The notes under the pieces were generated by a model. The model worked only from the letters and a program-made list of their open reading frames with translations. It was not told the origin of the DNA and did not search any database. This document shows, in pieces, positions 53,644-64,000 of a stretch of 64,000 nt of DNA. Origin of the DNA: Opitutales bacterium (GTDB lineage Bacteria; Verrucomicrobiota; Verrucomicrobiia; Opitutales; UBA2987); NCBI GenBank assembly GCA_965226885.1, contig CBDDEL010000016.1, positions 768,001 through 832,000 of the forward strand, written 5' to 3'. Each line of letters opens with the position of its first letter. The first letter of the stretch is position 1. The translations under genes were made by a program, and so were the position numbers.

Positions 53644-53986
53644 AAAAAAGCCAAAATGAAGAAAATGATAAGATAAGAATAATAAGAGCCAATCCAGCAA
53701 AGGTCAGGACTATACCATATTCCAGAAAAAACCGCAATAGATACGTTGGCTCCGTTTGATGCTGATGCGTTTGAATAAACTTCAAAAAAACCAGAAAAAA
53801 TCCAAAAATGCGCCAATATGTCCCACCAAAACATATCCCCCATCAAACATCCTGCACCCAAATAATTCCTCTTATCAGCCAAAAAATTAAAACTAAATTG
53901 CAAAATTCAGCCAAAATGTTATCTTACCCAATTATAGACATGCGCACAATATGTTAAGATTAAATCGATAAACAGAGGAGGACGAA

Positions 53987-54666
53987 ATGAAAGATATTGC
54001 ATTAATAACGATACATGGTATGGGAAAAGTGGATCTAAATTATTTTTCAGATTTAGAGGACGGACTAAAAAATAGACTCGGCAGGGACTGGACAAGGATT
54101 TCTTTTCAAAATGTACAATACGCGCCGATACTACAAAAACCACAGAATCAATTATGGAGGGACATAATAAGAACGCCCGACAATGATATAGATGCTACAA
54201 AGTTAAGGCAGTTTTTTCTTTATGGTTTTGGTGATGCCGGCTCTCTTGAATACAGTGCCCATAATGACGAGGTGAAATACATTGAGGTACAGGAAAACAT
54301 ACAAAAAGCATTAAATAACGCATACTCGGAATTGGGTCGGGACAATTCAAAGTCTGTCGTGATTATCGCCCATTCACTTGGTTGCCAAGTGATTTCCAAT
54401 TATCTTTGGGATGCACAAAATAATAAGTATATATTTAAAAATACTGGTGGTAATGATTCTCCTGAATTAGATTTCCTTCGATTAAAATCCCTAATTAATT
54501 TGGTTACTACTGGCTGCAATATACCATTGTTCATTTCAGGTATAAGTGATCGCCAGTGTTTTAATAAACCGAATGATCAATTCAAATGGGACAATTGGGA
54601 CAATTATTATGATCCGGATGATGTCCTTGGATGGCCGTTGAGGCAGTTGAGTAACTCATTCAATAT
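53987..54666 (+). pseudogene. AT-rich alpha/beta-hydrolase-like protein, C-terminally truncated by IS3
   Basis: RBS GAGGAGG; IHGMG, IIAHSLG, YDPDDVLGWPL; the frame runs into the IS end. Confidence 0.7.
54587..54604. repeat. 9-bp tandem duplication (in frame, WDN-WDN)
   Basis: TGGGACAAT x2. Confidence 0.8.
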
Positions 54667-55994
54667 TGATGTGCACTGGAAAAAGTGGACACGAGATTCT
54701 CCTAAATGGAGAATCGAAGCATGGGAAGAAGACGCTTTAGTATAGAGTTCAAAAATGAGGCAGTTCAACTGATGATACTCGATGGTCTGAGCGCCACCGA
54801 GGTATCGACCAAACTTGGGGTCAACACCAACCAATTGTATAGGTGGAAGAGGCTCTATCTGGACGATCAGCAGGGCGAAGCCACCTCAAAGCGACAGAGC
54901 AGTCCGAAGGAGATGGGGGCCGAGATAGATCGTCTTCGCAAAGAGCTGCGCCGCTCGGAGCGGATCAACCAGATACTAAAAAAAACGGTGGGCTACTTTG
55001 CCAAGGACGAACAATGAAGTACCAGTTTGTCAAAGACAACGAGGGGCGCTTCAAGATCGAGGAAATATGCTCGGCGATGGGGATTTGTCGCAGTGGCTAT
55101 TACTGCTGGAGGCACCGAGCGCCCTCGGCCCGGCGGATCGAGGACGAGGGAATCAAGGGGGCGATCCTGAAGGTACACAAAGAGGCCAAGGGCCGCTATG
55201 GGCATCGGCCAATGCACCGCCATCTGAAGGATGATGAGGGCATCGATTGCGGCCGTGACCGGGCTCTGCGTCTGATGCGTGAAATGGGAATCAAAAGCAC
55301 CCAGAGTAAACGCTTTAAGCCATTAAAAACCAACAGTAACCATCCCTATGGTTACAGCCCCAATGTGCTTAAAAAGCATGGCCAGCCGACCCATATCGAC
55401 GAGGTCTGGGTGGCGGACACGACCTACCTACGGACCCTGGCCGGTTGGATGTACTTGGCCACGGTGATGGACCTGTTCAGCCGACGCCTGCTGGGCTGGA
55501 GCGTTTCCAACCACAACGACGCGAAGCTGGTTGGCAAGGCCCTCAAAGCCGCGGCCATGACCCGCGGCACACTGCGCACCGGGATTATTCATCACAGCGA
55601 TCGGGGCAGCCCCTACGCCAGCGACGACTATCAGAGGCTGGTCTCTGAGCTAGGCATGAAGCCGAGCATGAGCGCCCAAGGCAACTGCTACGACAACGCG
55701 GCCATGGAATCGTTCTACGGCCGCTTCAAGACCAGCACGATTCGAGGCCGCCACTTTGCCGACGAGCGCGAACTGCGATCAACTGTCTTCGAATACGTGG
55801 AAATCTTCTACAACCGATATCGCAAACATTCCTCTCTGAGTTACCAAAGCCCAGTCCAATTCGAGGAAAATATTTGCCCCCCATGGGGGGCAACGAGAAA
55901 ACAAAACCCTTTACCAAAACAAGCCGCCTGACACACTAATCAATAAACAATGAATATAAGAGAATCCCGTGTCCAACAAATCCAGTACACGTCA
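54667..55994 (+). mobile_element. IS3-family element type B, copy 4 (1328 bp)
   Basis: Same IRs and ORFs as the other copies; flanks ATAT / GGCC, no TSD. Confidence 0.95.
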
Positions 55995-56219
55995 GGCCCC
56001 ATTAATTTCAGGAGTCATTTTTTTGATTATCTCCTCTATGTATGGCTTTAATTCGGGATCCTTGTGTATGGCTGTTTCAATTATGGATTTCTTAATTGCG
56101 TCTGCAAAAATATCCTTATAAGTACGAGATGAATCGGGTTTAAGATTATAATCTTTTCTTACTTCAAGAAGCCAAGTGTCATAAGACAATAATACTGCCT
56201 CAAATCTACCCTTCTCTAG

Positions 56220-57786
56220 CCCGGATATTTCATGAAGGGTAAAGTTTGGCTCGTTATTGCTATTGGAGATGGATTTCTTTGTATTTTGAGCAGATCGTCT
56301 TGATTTTTAGGTGTTTTTCAGGGTGTAGAGACACTGCCCCCTTTCCCCCATTGGTTCGGTAGTGCCGGGGGCAGCACCAATGCACCCTTTAGGTTGGCAC
56401 CAATCGGCGGGCCGCATGGTTGAAAAGACTGGCCCAAGGATAACTCTCACTTAGGTGAAAGTGAATCGTTCGGGTGTTGCGCACGATGACCGCTCCGATC
56501 TTGATTAATTTGAGCCGCAGGGTGTGGCATTGGGCCCGCGCCCACTTCGTCCCTTTTAAGGCTAACCGGCGCATGGCTTCCATCAAGGTGTAGGCCAGCG
56601 CCGACAAGAGCAATCGCCACTGATTGGCCCACCATTGATGGGCGCTGGTGCGCTCGCTGAACAATTGCATCTGTTCCTTGATTCGGTTCTCCATTTCACC
56701 GCGGCCACAGTATACCTTGTCGTAAAGCTCCTGGGGATCGCCCGGCAGGTTCGTCACCACGAAGCGCGGGTTGGACCCCTGTGCGGTGTGTTCGGCTTTA
56801 TGGATGACCAACCGCAGCCATCGCCACGAATCGGCAGCATAGACGAAGTCCTGGAATAACCGTTGTTTTTTACCCCTTAGTTCGAACCATTCTTTGGCCT
56901 GCTTTTGCAACTGCTGGGCGTCTTGCTGCAAGCGTGCATTGCGAGCCATCCCCACGATGTAACTAACTTCGTTGCGGTCGCACCAAGAGAGTATCCGGTC
57001 TCGACAAAATCCACTGTCGGCGCGCCAAATAATCCGCGTACGGGGCCAGCTTTGGCGAATCCGTTTAACCAGCAATTTGAGGATGGCCCCGGCATGCTTG
57101 CTGGCATCGATCTTGCTCGGCCGCAGGTAGGCCACCAGCAGCTGATCACCGCAAAAAACATATAGCGGCAGAAAACAGTAATGATCATAATAACCGTGGA
57201 AAAAACGTCCCTCCTGGAGCCCGTGCACCGGATTGTCGGTGGCGTCAAAGTCCAGGATGATCTCTTCGGGTTCCTCGGCAAAGGAGCCCATGAACTGTTC
57301 GACCAACAGCTCGTTTACCGCAAAGGCCGCCCGCCGATCCTGCCCGTTTTCAAAACGACACAAAGTCGGCGCGCTGGCCAACGTTTCAATGCGCCCCGTT
57401 ACCGTTTGCAACAATGGATCGTGGCGCAGGGTATCAAAGTCGTTCAAATCCTCATAGCCCGCCACCAGCCCGTAAACGCGCTGCCGCAGCATCCCCAATA
57501 CCTCATGGCGTACTTTGCCCTTCTGCCGTTTGTCCACTAACTGTCGGGCCGCTCGTTCGGTCAAGCCCAACTGCCGATCCACTTCCCGGATCAAAAGCAG
57601 TCCGGCATCCGAAGTAACCTCTCCGCCCTTGAAATCAACCCGCACACGGCGGCCTTTTACCCTTGTCAACTGTAGCTTTAATTGTTTACCTTTTGTCATC
57701 GCTGATATTGCTTTAATTATTGATCTATCCTGCTGTATATCAGCAGTTAAGCATATCAACGATACTTTTTTTACGAAATATCCGGG
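56220..57786 (-). mobile_element. IS1380-family element, copy A (transposase 56389-57699, intact)
   Basis: IR CCCGGATATTTC; TSDAGLLL, GYEDLND, LDFDAT, RADSGF, RGEMENRIKE; CTAG on the left flank. Confidence 0.93.
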
Positions 57787-57790
57787 CTAA

Positions 57791-59358
57791 CCCGGATATT
57801 TCATGAAGGGTAAAGTTTGGCTCGTTATTGCTATTGGAGATGGATTTCTTTGTATTTTGAGCAGATCGTCTTGATTTTTAGGTGTTTTTCAGGGTGTAGA
57901 GACACTGCCCCCTTTCCCCCATTGGTTCGGTAGTGCCGGGGGCAGCACCAATGCACCCTTTAGGTTGGCACCAATCGGCGGGCCGCATGGTTGAAAAGAC
58001 TGGCCCAAGGATAACTCTCACTTAGGTGAAAGTGAATCGTTCGGGTGTTGCGCACGATGACCGCTCCGATCTTGATTAATTTGAGCCGCAGGGTGTGGCA
58101 TTGGGCCCGCGCCCACTTCGTCCCTTTTAAGGCTAACCGGCGCATGGCTTCCATCAAGGTGTAGGCCAGCGCCGACAAGAGCAATCGCCACTGATTGGCC
58201 CACCATTGATGGGCGCTGGTGCGCTCGCTGAACAATTGCATCTGTTCCTTGATTCGGTTCTCCATTTCACCGCGGCCACAGTATACCTTGTCGTAAAGCT
58301 CCTGGGGATCGCCCGGCAGGTTCGTCACCACGAAGCGCGGGTTGGACCCCTGTGCGGTGTGTTCGGCTTTATGGATGACCAACCGCAGCCATCGCCACGA
58401 ATCGGCAGCATAGACGAAGTCCTGGAATAACCGTTGTTTTTTACCCCTTAGTTCGAACCATTCTTTGGCCTGCTTTTGCAACTGCTGGGCGTCTTGCTGC
58501 AAGCGTGCATTGCGAGCCATCCCCACGATGTAACTAACTTCGTTGCGGTCGCACCAAGAGAGTATCCGGTCTCGACAAAATCCACTGTCGGCGCGCCAAA
58601 TAATCCGCGTACGGGGCCAGCTTTGGCGCATCCGTTTAACCAGCAATTTGAGGATGGCCCCGGCATGCTTGCTGGCATCGATCTTGCTCGGCCGCAGGTA
58701 GGCCACCAGCAGCTGATCACCGCAAAAAACATATAGCGGCAGAAAACAGTAATGATCATAATAACCGTGGAAAAAACGTCCCTCCTGGAGCCCGTGCACC
58801 GGATTGTCGGTGGCGTCAAAGTCCAGGATGATCTCTTCGGGTTCCTCGGCAAAGGAGCCCATGAACTGTTCGACCAACAGCTCGTTTACCGCAAAGGCCG
58901 CCCGCCGATCCTGCCCGTTTTCAAAACGACACAAAGTCGGCGCGCTGGCCAACGTTTCAATGCGCCCCGTTACCGTTTGCTAACAATGGATCGTGGCGCA
59001 GGGTATCAAAGTCGTTCAAATCCTCATAGCCCGCCACCAGCCCGTAAACGCGCTGCCGCAGCATCCCCAATACCTCATGGCGTACTTTGCCCTTCTGCCG
59101 TTTGTCCACTAACTGTCGGGCCGCTCGTTCGGTCAAGCCCAACTGCCGATCCACTTCCCGGATCAAAAGCAGTCCGGCATCCGAAGTAACCTCTCCGCCC
59201 TTGAAATCAACCCGCACACGGCGGCCTTTTACCCTTGTCAACTGTAGCTTTAATTGTTTACCTTTTGTCATCGCTGATATTGCTTTAATTATTGATCTAT
59301 CCTGCTGTATATCAGCAGTTAAGCATATCAACGATACTTTTTTTACGAAATATCCGGG
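57791..59358 (-). mobile_element. IS1380-family element, copy B (transposase frameshifted)
   Basis: Direct repeat of copy A after a 4-bp CTAA spacer; extra T at 58981; CTAG on the right flank (59359-59362). Confidence 0.93.
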
Positions 59359-59527
59359 CTAGGGCCGCAGAAAAAACCGCCGCTAGGTAGAGAGTGAGGC
59401 CGGGGATTGACGCCATCCTTCTACCTTTAATTCGCGGATGATTTTTATGTTCCGAGAATTCTGACCATGACTTTGTCGTGTAGGATTTGCCCCAAAGGTC
59501 TTTTGGCTTCCTATCCTTTTTCATGAT

Positions 59528-60832
59528 TGACGTGTACTGGATTTGTTGGACACGGGATTCTCTTATATTCATTGTTTATTGATTAGTGTGTCAGGCGGCT
59601 TGTTTTGGTAAAGGGTTTTGTTTTCTCGTTGCCCCCCATGGGGGGCAAATATTTTCCTCGAATTGGACTGGGCTTTGGTAACTCAGAGAGGAATGTTTGC
59701 GATATCGGTTGTAGAAGATTTCCACGTATTCGAAGACAGTTGATCGCAGTTCGCGCTCGTCGGCAAAGTGGCGGCCTCGAATCGTGCTGGTCTTGAAGCG
59801 GCCGTAGAACGATTCCATGGCCGCGTTGTCGTAGCAGTTGCCTTGGGCGCTCATGCTCGGCTTCATGCCTAGTTCAGAGACCAGCCTCTGATAGTCGTCG
59901 CTGGCGTAGGGGCTGCCCCGATCGCTGTGATGAATAATCCCGGTGCGCAGTGTGCCGCGGGTCATGGCCGCGGCTTTGAGGGCCTTGCCAACCAGCTTCG
60001 CGTCGTTGTGGTTGGAAACGCTCCAGCCCAGCAGGCGTCGGCTGAACAGGTCCATCACCGTGGCCAAGTACATCCAACCGGCCAGGGTCCGTAGGTAGGT
60101 CGTGTCCGCCACCCAGACCTCGTCGATATGGGTCGGCTGGCCATGCTTTTTAAGCACATTGGGGCTGTAACCATAGGGATGGTTACTGTTGGTTTTTAAT
60201 GGCTTAAAGCGTTTACTCTGGGTGCTTTTGATTCCCATTTCACGCATCAGACGCAGAGCCCGGTCACGGCCGCAATCGATGCCCTCATCATCCTTCAGAT
60301 GGCGGTGCATTGGCCTCTTTGTGTACCTTCAGGATCGCCCCCTTGATTCCCTCGTCCTCGATCCGCCGGGCCGAGGGCGCTCGGTGCCTCCAGCAGTAAT
60401 AGCCACTGCGACAAATCCCCATCGCCGAGCATATTTCCTCGATCTTGAAGCGCCCCTCGTTGTCTTTGACAAACTGGTACTTCATTGTTCGTCCTTGGCA
60501 AAGTAGCCCACCGTTTTTTTTAGTATCTGGTTGATCCGCTCCGAGCGGCGCAGCTCTCTGCGAAGACGATCTATCTCGGCCGCCATCTCCTTCGGACTGC
60601 TCTGTCGCTTTGAGGTGGCTTCGCCCTGCTGATCGTCCAGATAGAGCCTCTTCCACCTATACAATTGGTTGGTGTTGACCCCAAGTTTGGTCGATACCTC
60701 GGTGGCGCTCAGACCATCGAGTATCATCAGTTGAACTGCCTCATTTTTGAACTCTATACTAAAGCGTCTTCTTCCCATGCTTCGATTCTCCATTTAGGAG
60801 AATCTCGTGTCCACTTTTTCCAGTGCACATCA
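59528..60832 (-). mobile_element. IS3-family element type B, copy 5 (1305 bp; orfB broken by a 23-bp deletion)
   Basis: Deletion between TTGGCC direct repeats near 60310; no TSD. Confidence 0.95.
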
Positions 60833-60833
60833 C

Positions 60834-60953
60834 CCGGCCGTTACCAGTCCCTTACCCGGCATGAAAAGCCCGGACCAGGCCCGCCGGAACGCCGCCGCGG
60901 CCGACGGTGATCTCAGCGAAGAAGACCTGAGCTTCCTCGATAAAATTTCCTGA
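60834..60953 (+). pseudogene. 3' fragment of an aldo/keto reductase gene
   Basis: PAVTSPLPGMKSPDQARRNAAAADGDLSEEDLSFLDKIS* resembles the AKR C-terminal IPG...Q...N motif; the 5' part is missing at the IS. Confidence 0.7.
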
Positions 60954-61071
60954 TCCTTTCACTCGTTCCATAAAATTATCTTCACTTTCTCCGGCGGGAT
61001 GGCCATATTGCAAAATCCAATTCGGTAAGGACCGAGTTAATCGACCAATAAAATACGGAGGAAAAACAAAC

Positions 61072-61803
61072 GTGATAAACTTGAAAAAACGTCTGGCCGA
61101 TGGCGATTCGCTGATCGGCGCCATTGTCAGCCTGGAGGGTGCAGATCGAATGCAATTGGAGCGGATTCTGGAAAAAAATCCCTATGATTTCTTCATGGCG
61201 GACAGCCAGCACAGCCAGTTTACCGAGCCGGATTTGGTATCTCTATGCCAATCAGCTACCGATTTATCCATACCGGTGGTCTTCCGCATCATGGACACGA
61301 AGCAAATTTATCTGATCGGCAAATACCTCGACCTCGGAGCCGTCGGAATCGAAGTGCCCCAGGTCAACACGCCCGATGTAGCGGCCGAAGCGGTTAAAAA
61401 ATTTTACTACCCTCCCCTCGGAATCCGCAGCATGGGTGGCAATTATCGCTCCCGGCTCGGCCATGAGGACCAGGACGTGAACGACAATCTTGCCTATCCG
61501 GATTTATGGAACCAATGCGGGATTCTCTGGCTCCAGGTAGAATCCGTGCAGGCCGTCATGGTGGCTCAATCCCTGGCCCGGCAGGGTGTCGATTGCCTCT
61601 CCTTCGGGCCCGCTGACCTGACGCACGACATGCGTTTCAATCCCCACCCTCAATTGAAAACCCTGGACGACTGCGTCCAACACGTGGTCAAAGAACTGGA
61701 AAATACCGGCGCCGTCGTCTGCCACCGCCACGGCAAACCGGAAAACCGCCAAAAATACCTCGACATGGGAGTCCGCCTCCTCCTCGAAAAACCACCCGCA
61801 TAA
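61072..61803 (+). CDS. HpcH/HpaI aldolase-family protein
   Basis: DSQH, LDLGAVGIEVPQV, YPPLGIR, QVES, GVDCLSFGPADL; RBS GGAGG. Confidence 0.85.
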   Translation: MINLKKRLADGDSLIGAIVSLEGADRMQLERILEKNPYDFFMADSQHSQFTEPDLVSLCQSATDLSIPVVFRIMDTKQIYLIGKYLDLGAVGIEVPQVNTPDVAAEAVKKFYYPPLGIRSMGGNYRSRLGHEDQDVNDNLAYPDLWNQCGILWLQVESVQAVMVAQSLARQGVDCLSFGPADLTHDMRFNPHPQLKTLDDCVQHVVKELENTGAVVCHRHGKPENRQKYLDMGVRLLLEKPPA

Positions 61804-61868
61804 ATGAGTTTTTTAATGGAGTAATCGAGCCCTCTTATTGCTTAAAAGGCCAAGGGCCAAGTGCCCAT

Positions 61869-64000
61869 TCAACCATCGGGGAGTCGTTGTGATTGCAGGC
61901 TGGGGGTTGCCGTAGAGGGCGATGGAGCGCCGAGGGGTTCTACAATGGTTTCGGGTTTGTGGAGAATTTTTTCCCGCAGGTCGCTTAATAGAGTATAGAT
62001 AACGGGGATCACAAAGAGCGTTAAAAGAGTGCTCGTGGTGAGCCCCCCCACGGCTACCACGCCGAGCGGACGGCGGCTCTCTGCCCCCGCTCCGAAACCG
62101 ATGGCGATGGGCATGATGCCCGCAATGGTGGAAAAGCTGGTCATCAGAATAGGCCGCAGGCGAATGCGTCCGGCGGCGACGATGGCGGCATACGTATCCA
62201 GGCCCTTGGCTCGCTGCTGGTTGGCGAACTCAACCAGGAGAATGGCGTTTTTGGTGGCCAAAGCGATAAGCAGGACGAAGCCGATCTGGCTGAAAAGATT
62301 CATGTTCATGGCCGGTATGCGCGGAACCCAGGGAGAGAGGGTTTTAACCCAATCGGGCGCATCGGGCGCGAAATTAGCCCACCCGTAAAGCATATTGCCC
62401 AACACATCCACCTGCCCCATCAGCCAGAGACCGCCAAAGGCTCCTATAGAGGCCAGGGGAATCGTCAACATAACCGTAAAAGGATGGATGAGGCTCTCGA
62501 ACTGCGAGGCCAGGACCATAAAAACCACCAACATGGCTATGCCGATGATAAAGAAAATGTCTTTCCCGGTATCGCGGAGCTGGCGGCCCTGCCCTCCCCA
62601 CTCGTAACGAATCCCGGCCGGCATGTCCTCCGCCAGAATGGCTTCCGCCCGCTCCATGGCGGTGCCCAGGGGCATGTTCAGGGGCGTTCCTTCGAGGGTG
62701 ATGGAACGGTAGCGGTTGTAATGGTAAATGGCGTTGGGGCCGCCGTTGGGCACGAGTTGGACCACATTGCTCAACTGGGTCAACCGGCCCGAATTGTTCC
62801 GCACATAAAGTCGCTCTATATCGCTGGGGGTGAGTCGGGAATCGCGTTCCAGCTGCACTATGACGTCGTACTCCTTGCCCCCGCGTTTGATTTTGCTCAA
62901 ATCCAGTCCGCCAAAAAGTATCTGCAAGGTTTGCGAAAGCTCCTCGATGGATACGCCCAAGACGGCGGCGCGGTCGCGGTCGATTTGCACGAACAACTCC
63001 GGTTTGTTGAGCTGAAAATTGGGCCGCAGGTTGGCCAGAAAACCTTCGCCTCTCAAACGGTTGGTCAACTCGCCCGCGAACTCGTTCAATTCATCGAGAT
63101 CGTGATGCTGCAGGACCAGTTGAAAGGGCTGCCCAAAACCACCGCTGATAGCCTTGGGAATGTTGGGAAAAGCGATGGCCCCCTCGATCTCCGCGAAAAA
63201 CCGCGCCCCCAGCCCGTTGGGACCGTTCACGATGTCCTGCACCGAGCGGTCGCGCTCATCCTTGAACCGGGCAAACATGACCCCTAAATTGGATTCACCG
63301 GGACCGTTGAAAGGCAAAGCCACAGCCGTGAAATAACCATCCACCTCGGGTATCTCGGACATGATTTCCTCCATCTTCCGCACCATCCGGTCGGTGTATT
63401 CGCTGGTCGATCCTTCGGGCGCAATGGCCATGCAAAATAGGCTTCCTTTATCCTCCTCGGGCAAAAAATCGCGCTCCAGCTGAGTGTAAATGTAATAACT
63501 CGCAATGACCGTCAAAAAGCTGAATACGACCACACTTGGACGATGGCGCAGAGCGAAGCGAAGGAGCTTGAGGTAGGTGCGCGTTATCCAGTCGAGGCAG
63601 TCCTCGAAAAAGAGAAAGATTCGGCCGTGTTTTTCCTTTCTAACCGGCCTCAGAAGGCGGGAGGAAATCATGGGGGTGAGCGACAGGGCAATAAACGAAG
63701 AAATCACCACCGACCCGGCCAAAGCGATGGCGAACTCGATAAAAAGCCTCCCCGTCAGACTGGTTTGCAGGGCCATGGGCAGGAAAACGGCGACCAGGGC
63801 CAGGGTTGTGGCAATGACCGCGAAAACGATCTCTTTCATTCCCTGAAAGGCGGCCTCCATCGGTTTCATGCCCTCCTCGATATGGCGGTAGATATTTTCC
63901 AGCACCACAATCGAATCGTCCACCACCACCCCGATGGTCAATATAAGGGCCATCATGGTGACGATATTGATAGAAAAACCGAGCAGCGAAAGCAGAGCAA
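61869..64000 (-). CDS. RND efflux transporter permease (AcrB/MdtC family), 5' part outside the window
   Basis: GVVVDDSIVVLENI, SLTPM, FLPEED, LASQFES, KNAILLVEFA, RLRPILMT. Confidence 0.95.
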   Translation of the reverse strand, partial: ALLSLLGFSINIVTMMALILTIGVVVDDSIVVLENIYRHIEEGMKPMEAAFQGMKEIVFAVIATTLALVAVFLPMALQTSLTGRLFIEFAIALAGSVVISSFIALSLTPMISSRLLRPVRKEKHGRIFLFFEDCLDWITRTYLKLLRFALRHRPSVVVFSFLTVIASYYIYTQLERDFLPEEDKGSLFCMAIAPEGSTSEYTDRMVRKMEEIMSEIPEVDGYFTAVALPFNGPGESNLGVMFARFKDERDRSVQDIVNGPNGLGARFFAEIEGAIAFPNIPKAISGGFGQPFQLVLQHHDLDELNEFAGELTNRLRGEGFLANLRPNFQLNKPELFVQIDRDRAAVLGVSIEELSQTLQILFGGLDLSKIKRGGKEYDVIVQLERDSRLTPSDIERLYVRNNSGRLTQLSNVVQLVPNGGPNAIYHYNRYRSITLEGTPLNMPLGTAMERAEAILAEDMPAGIRYEWGGQGRQLRDTGKDIFFIIGIAMLVVFMVLASQFESLIHPFTVMLTIPLASIGAFGGLWLMGQVDVLGNMLYGWANFAPDAPDWVKTLSPWVPRIPAMNMNLFSQIGFVLLIALATKNAILLVEFANQQRAKGLDTYAAIVAAGRIRLRPILMTSFSTIAGIMPIAIGFGAGAESRRPLGVVAVGGLTTSTLLTLFVIPVIYTLLSDLREKILHKPETIVEPLGAPSPSTATPSLQSQRLPDG

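Larger units (their letters stand above)
55995..59527 (-). pseudogene. AT-rich hypothetical gene fragment (~130 codons) interrupted by the IS1380 dimer and clipped by IS3 copies
   Basis: Removing the dimer and one CTAG joins MKKDRKPKDLW...AVFSAAL to EKGRFEAVLLSYDTWLL...PEINGA in frame. Confidence 0.7.

Noticed and set aside
54667..60832. Recently inserted composite transposon
   Set aside because: Outer flanks ATAT and CCCG are not a TSD, the flanking fragments belong to different genes, and there is no intact cargo.

Overview
Bacterial chromosomal segment, moderately GC-rich. Gene content suggests Opitutae/Verrucomicrobiota, but that is an inference. Twelve full-length or near-full-length IS copies of five types occupy about 16.9 kb (26%): one IS3/IS407-like, five of a second IS3, two IS630, two ISNCY-like and a head-to-tail IS1380 dimer. 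One IS3 remnant is also present. Intact genes include a TonB-dependent receptor with upstream Fur-like boxes, tRNA-Arg(CCG), a YceI protein, GspF/PilC, msrA, nth, a fused gcvPA-gcvPB, trpF, a YqjG-type reductase, a CCA-type nucleotidyltransferase, gmhA, a pilin, mutS, a Zn metalloprotease, an acyl-ACP thioesterase, maf, an HpcH aldolase and an RND pump (partial). About a dozen genes are broken by IS insertion, IS-linked rearrangement or frameshift. The most unusual signal is at least nine perfect 9-34 bp tandem duplications with only 0-3 bp of junction microhomology in non-IS DNA. Four of them frameshift genes, and removing one copy restores the reading frame. Also notable: the IS1380 dimer carries a foreign CTAA spacer inside CTAG target repeats, resembling a captured circle junction; an IS630 appears to duplicate TTA; and there is a decaying lysine catabolic operon and a candidate exported-protein/beta-barrel/kinase signalling module. 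The overall picture fits early-stage reductive genome evolution, but assembly artefacts must be excluded.
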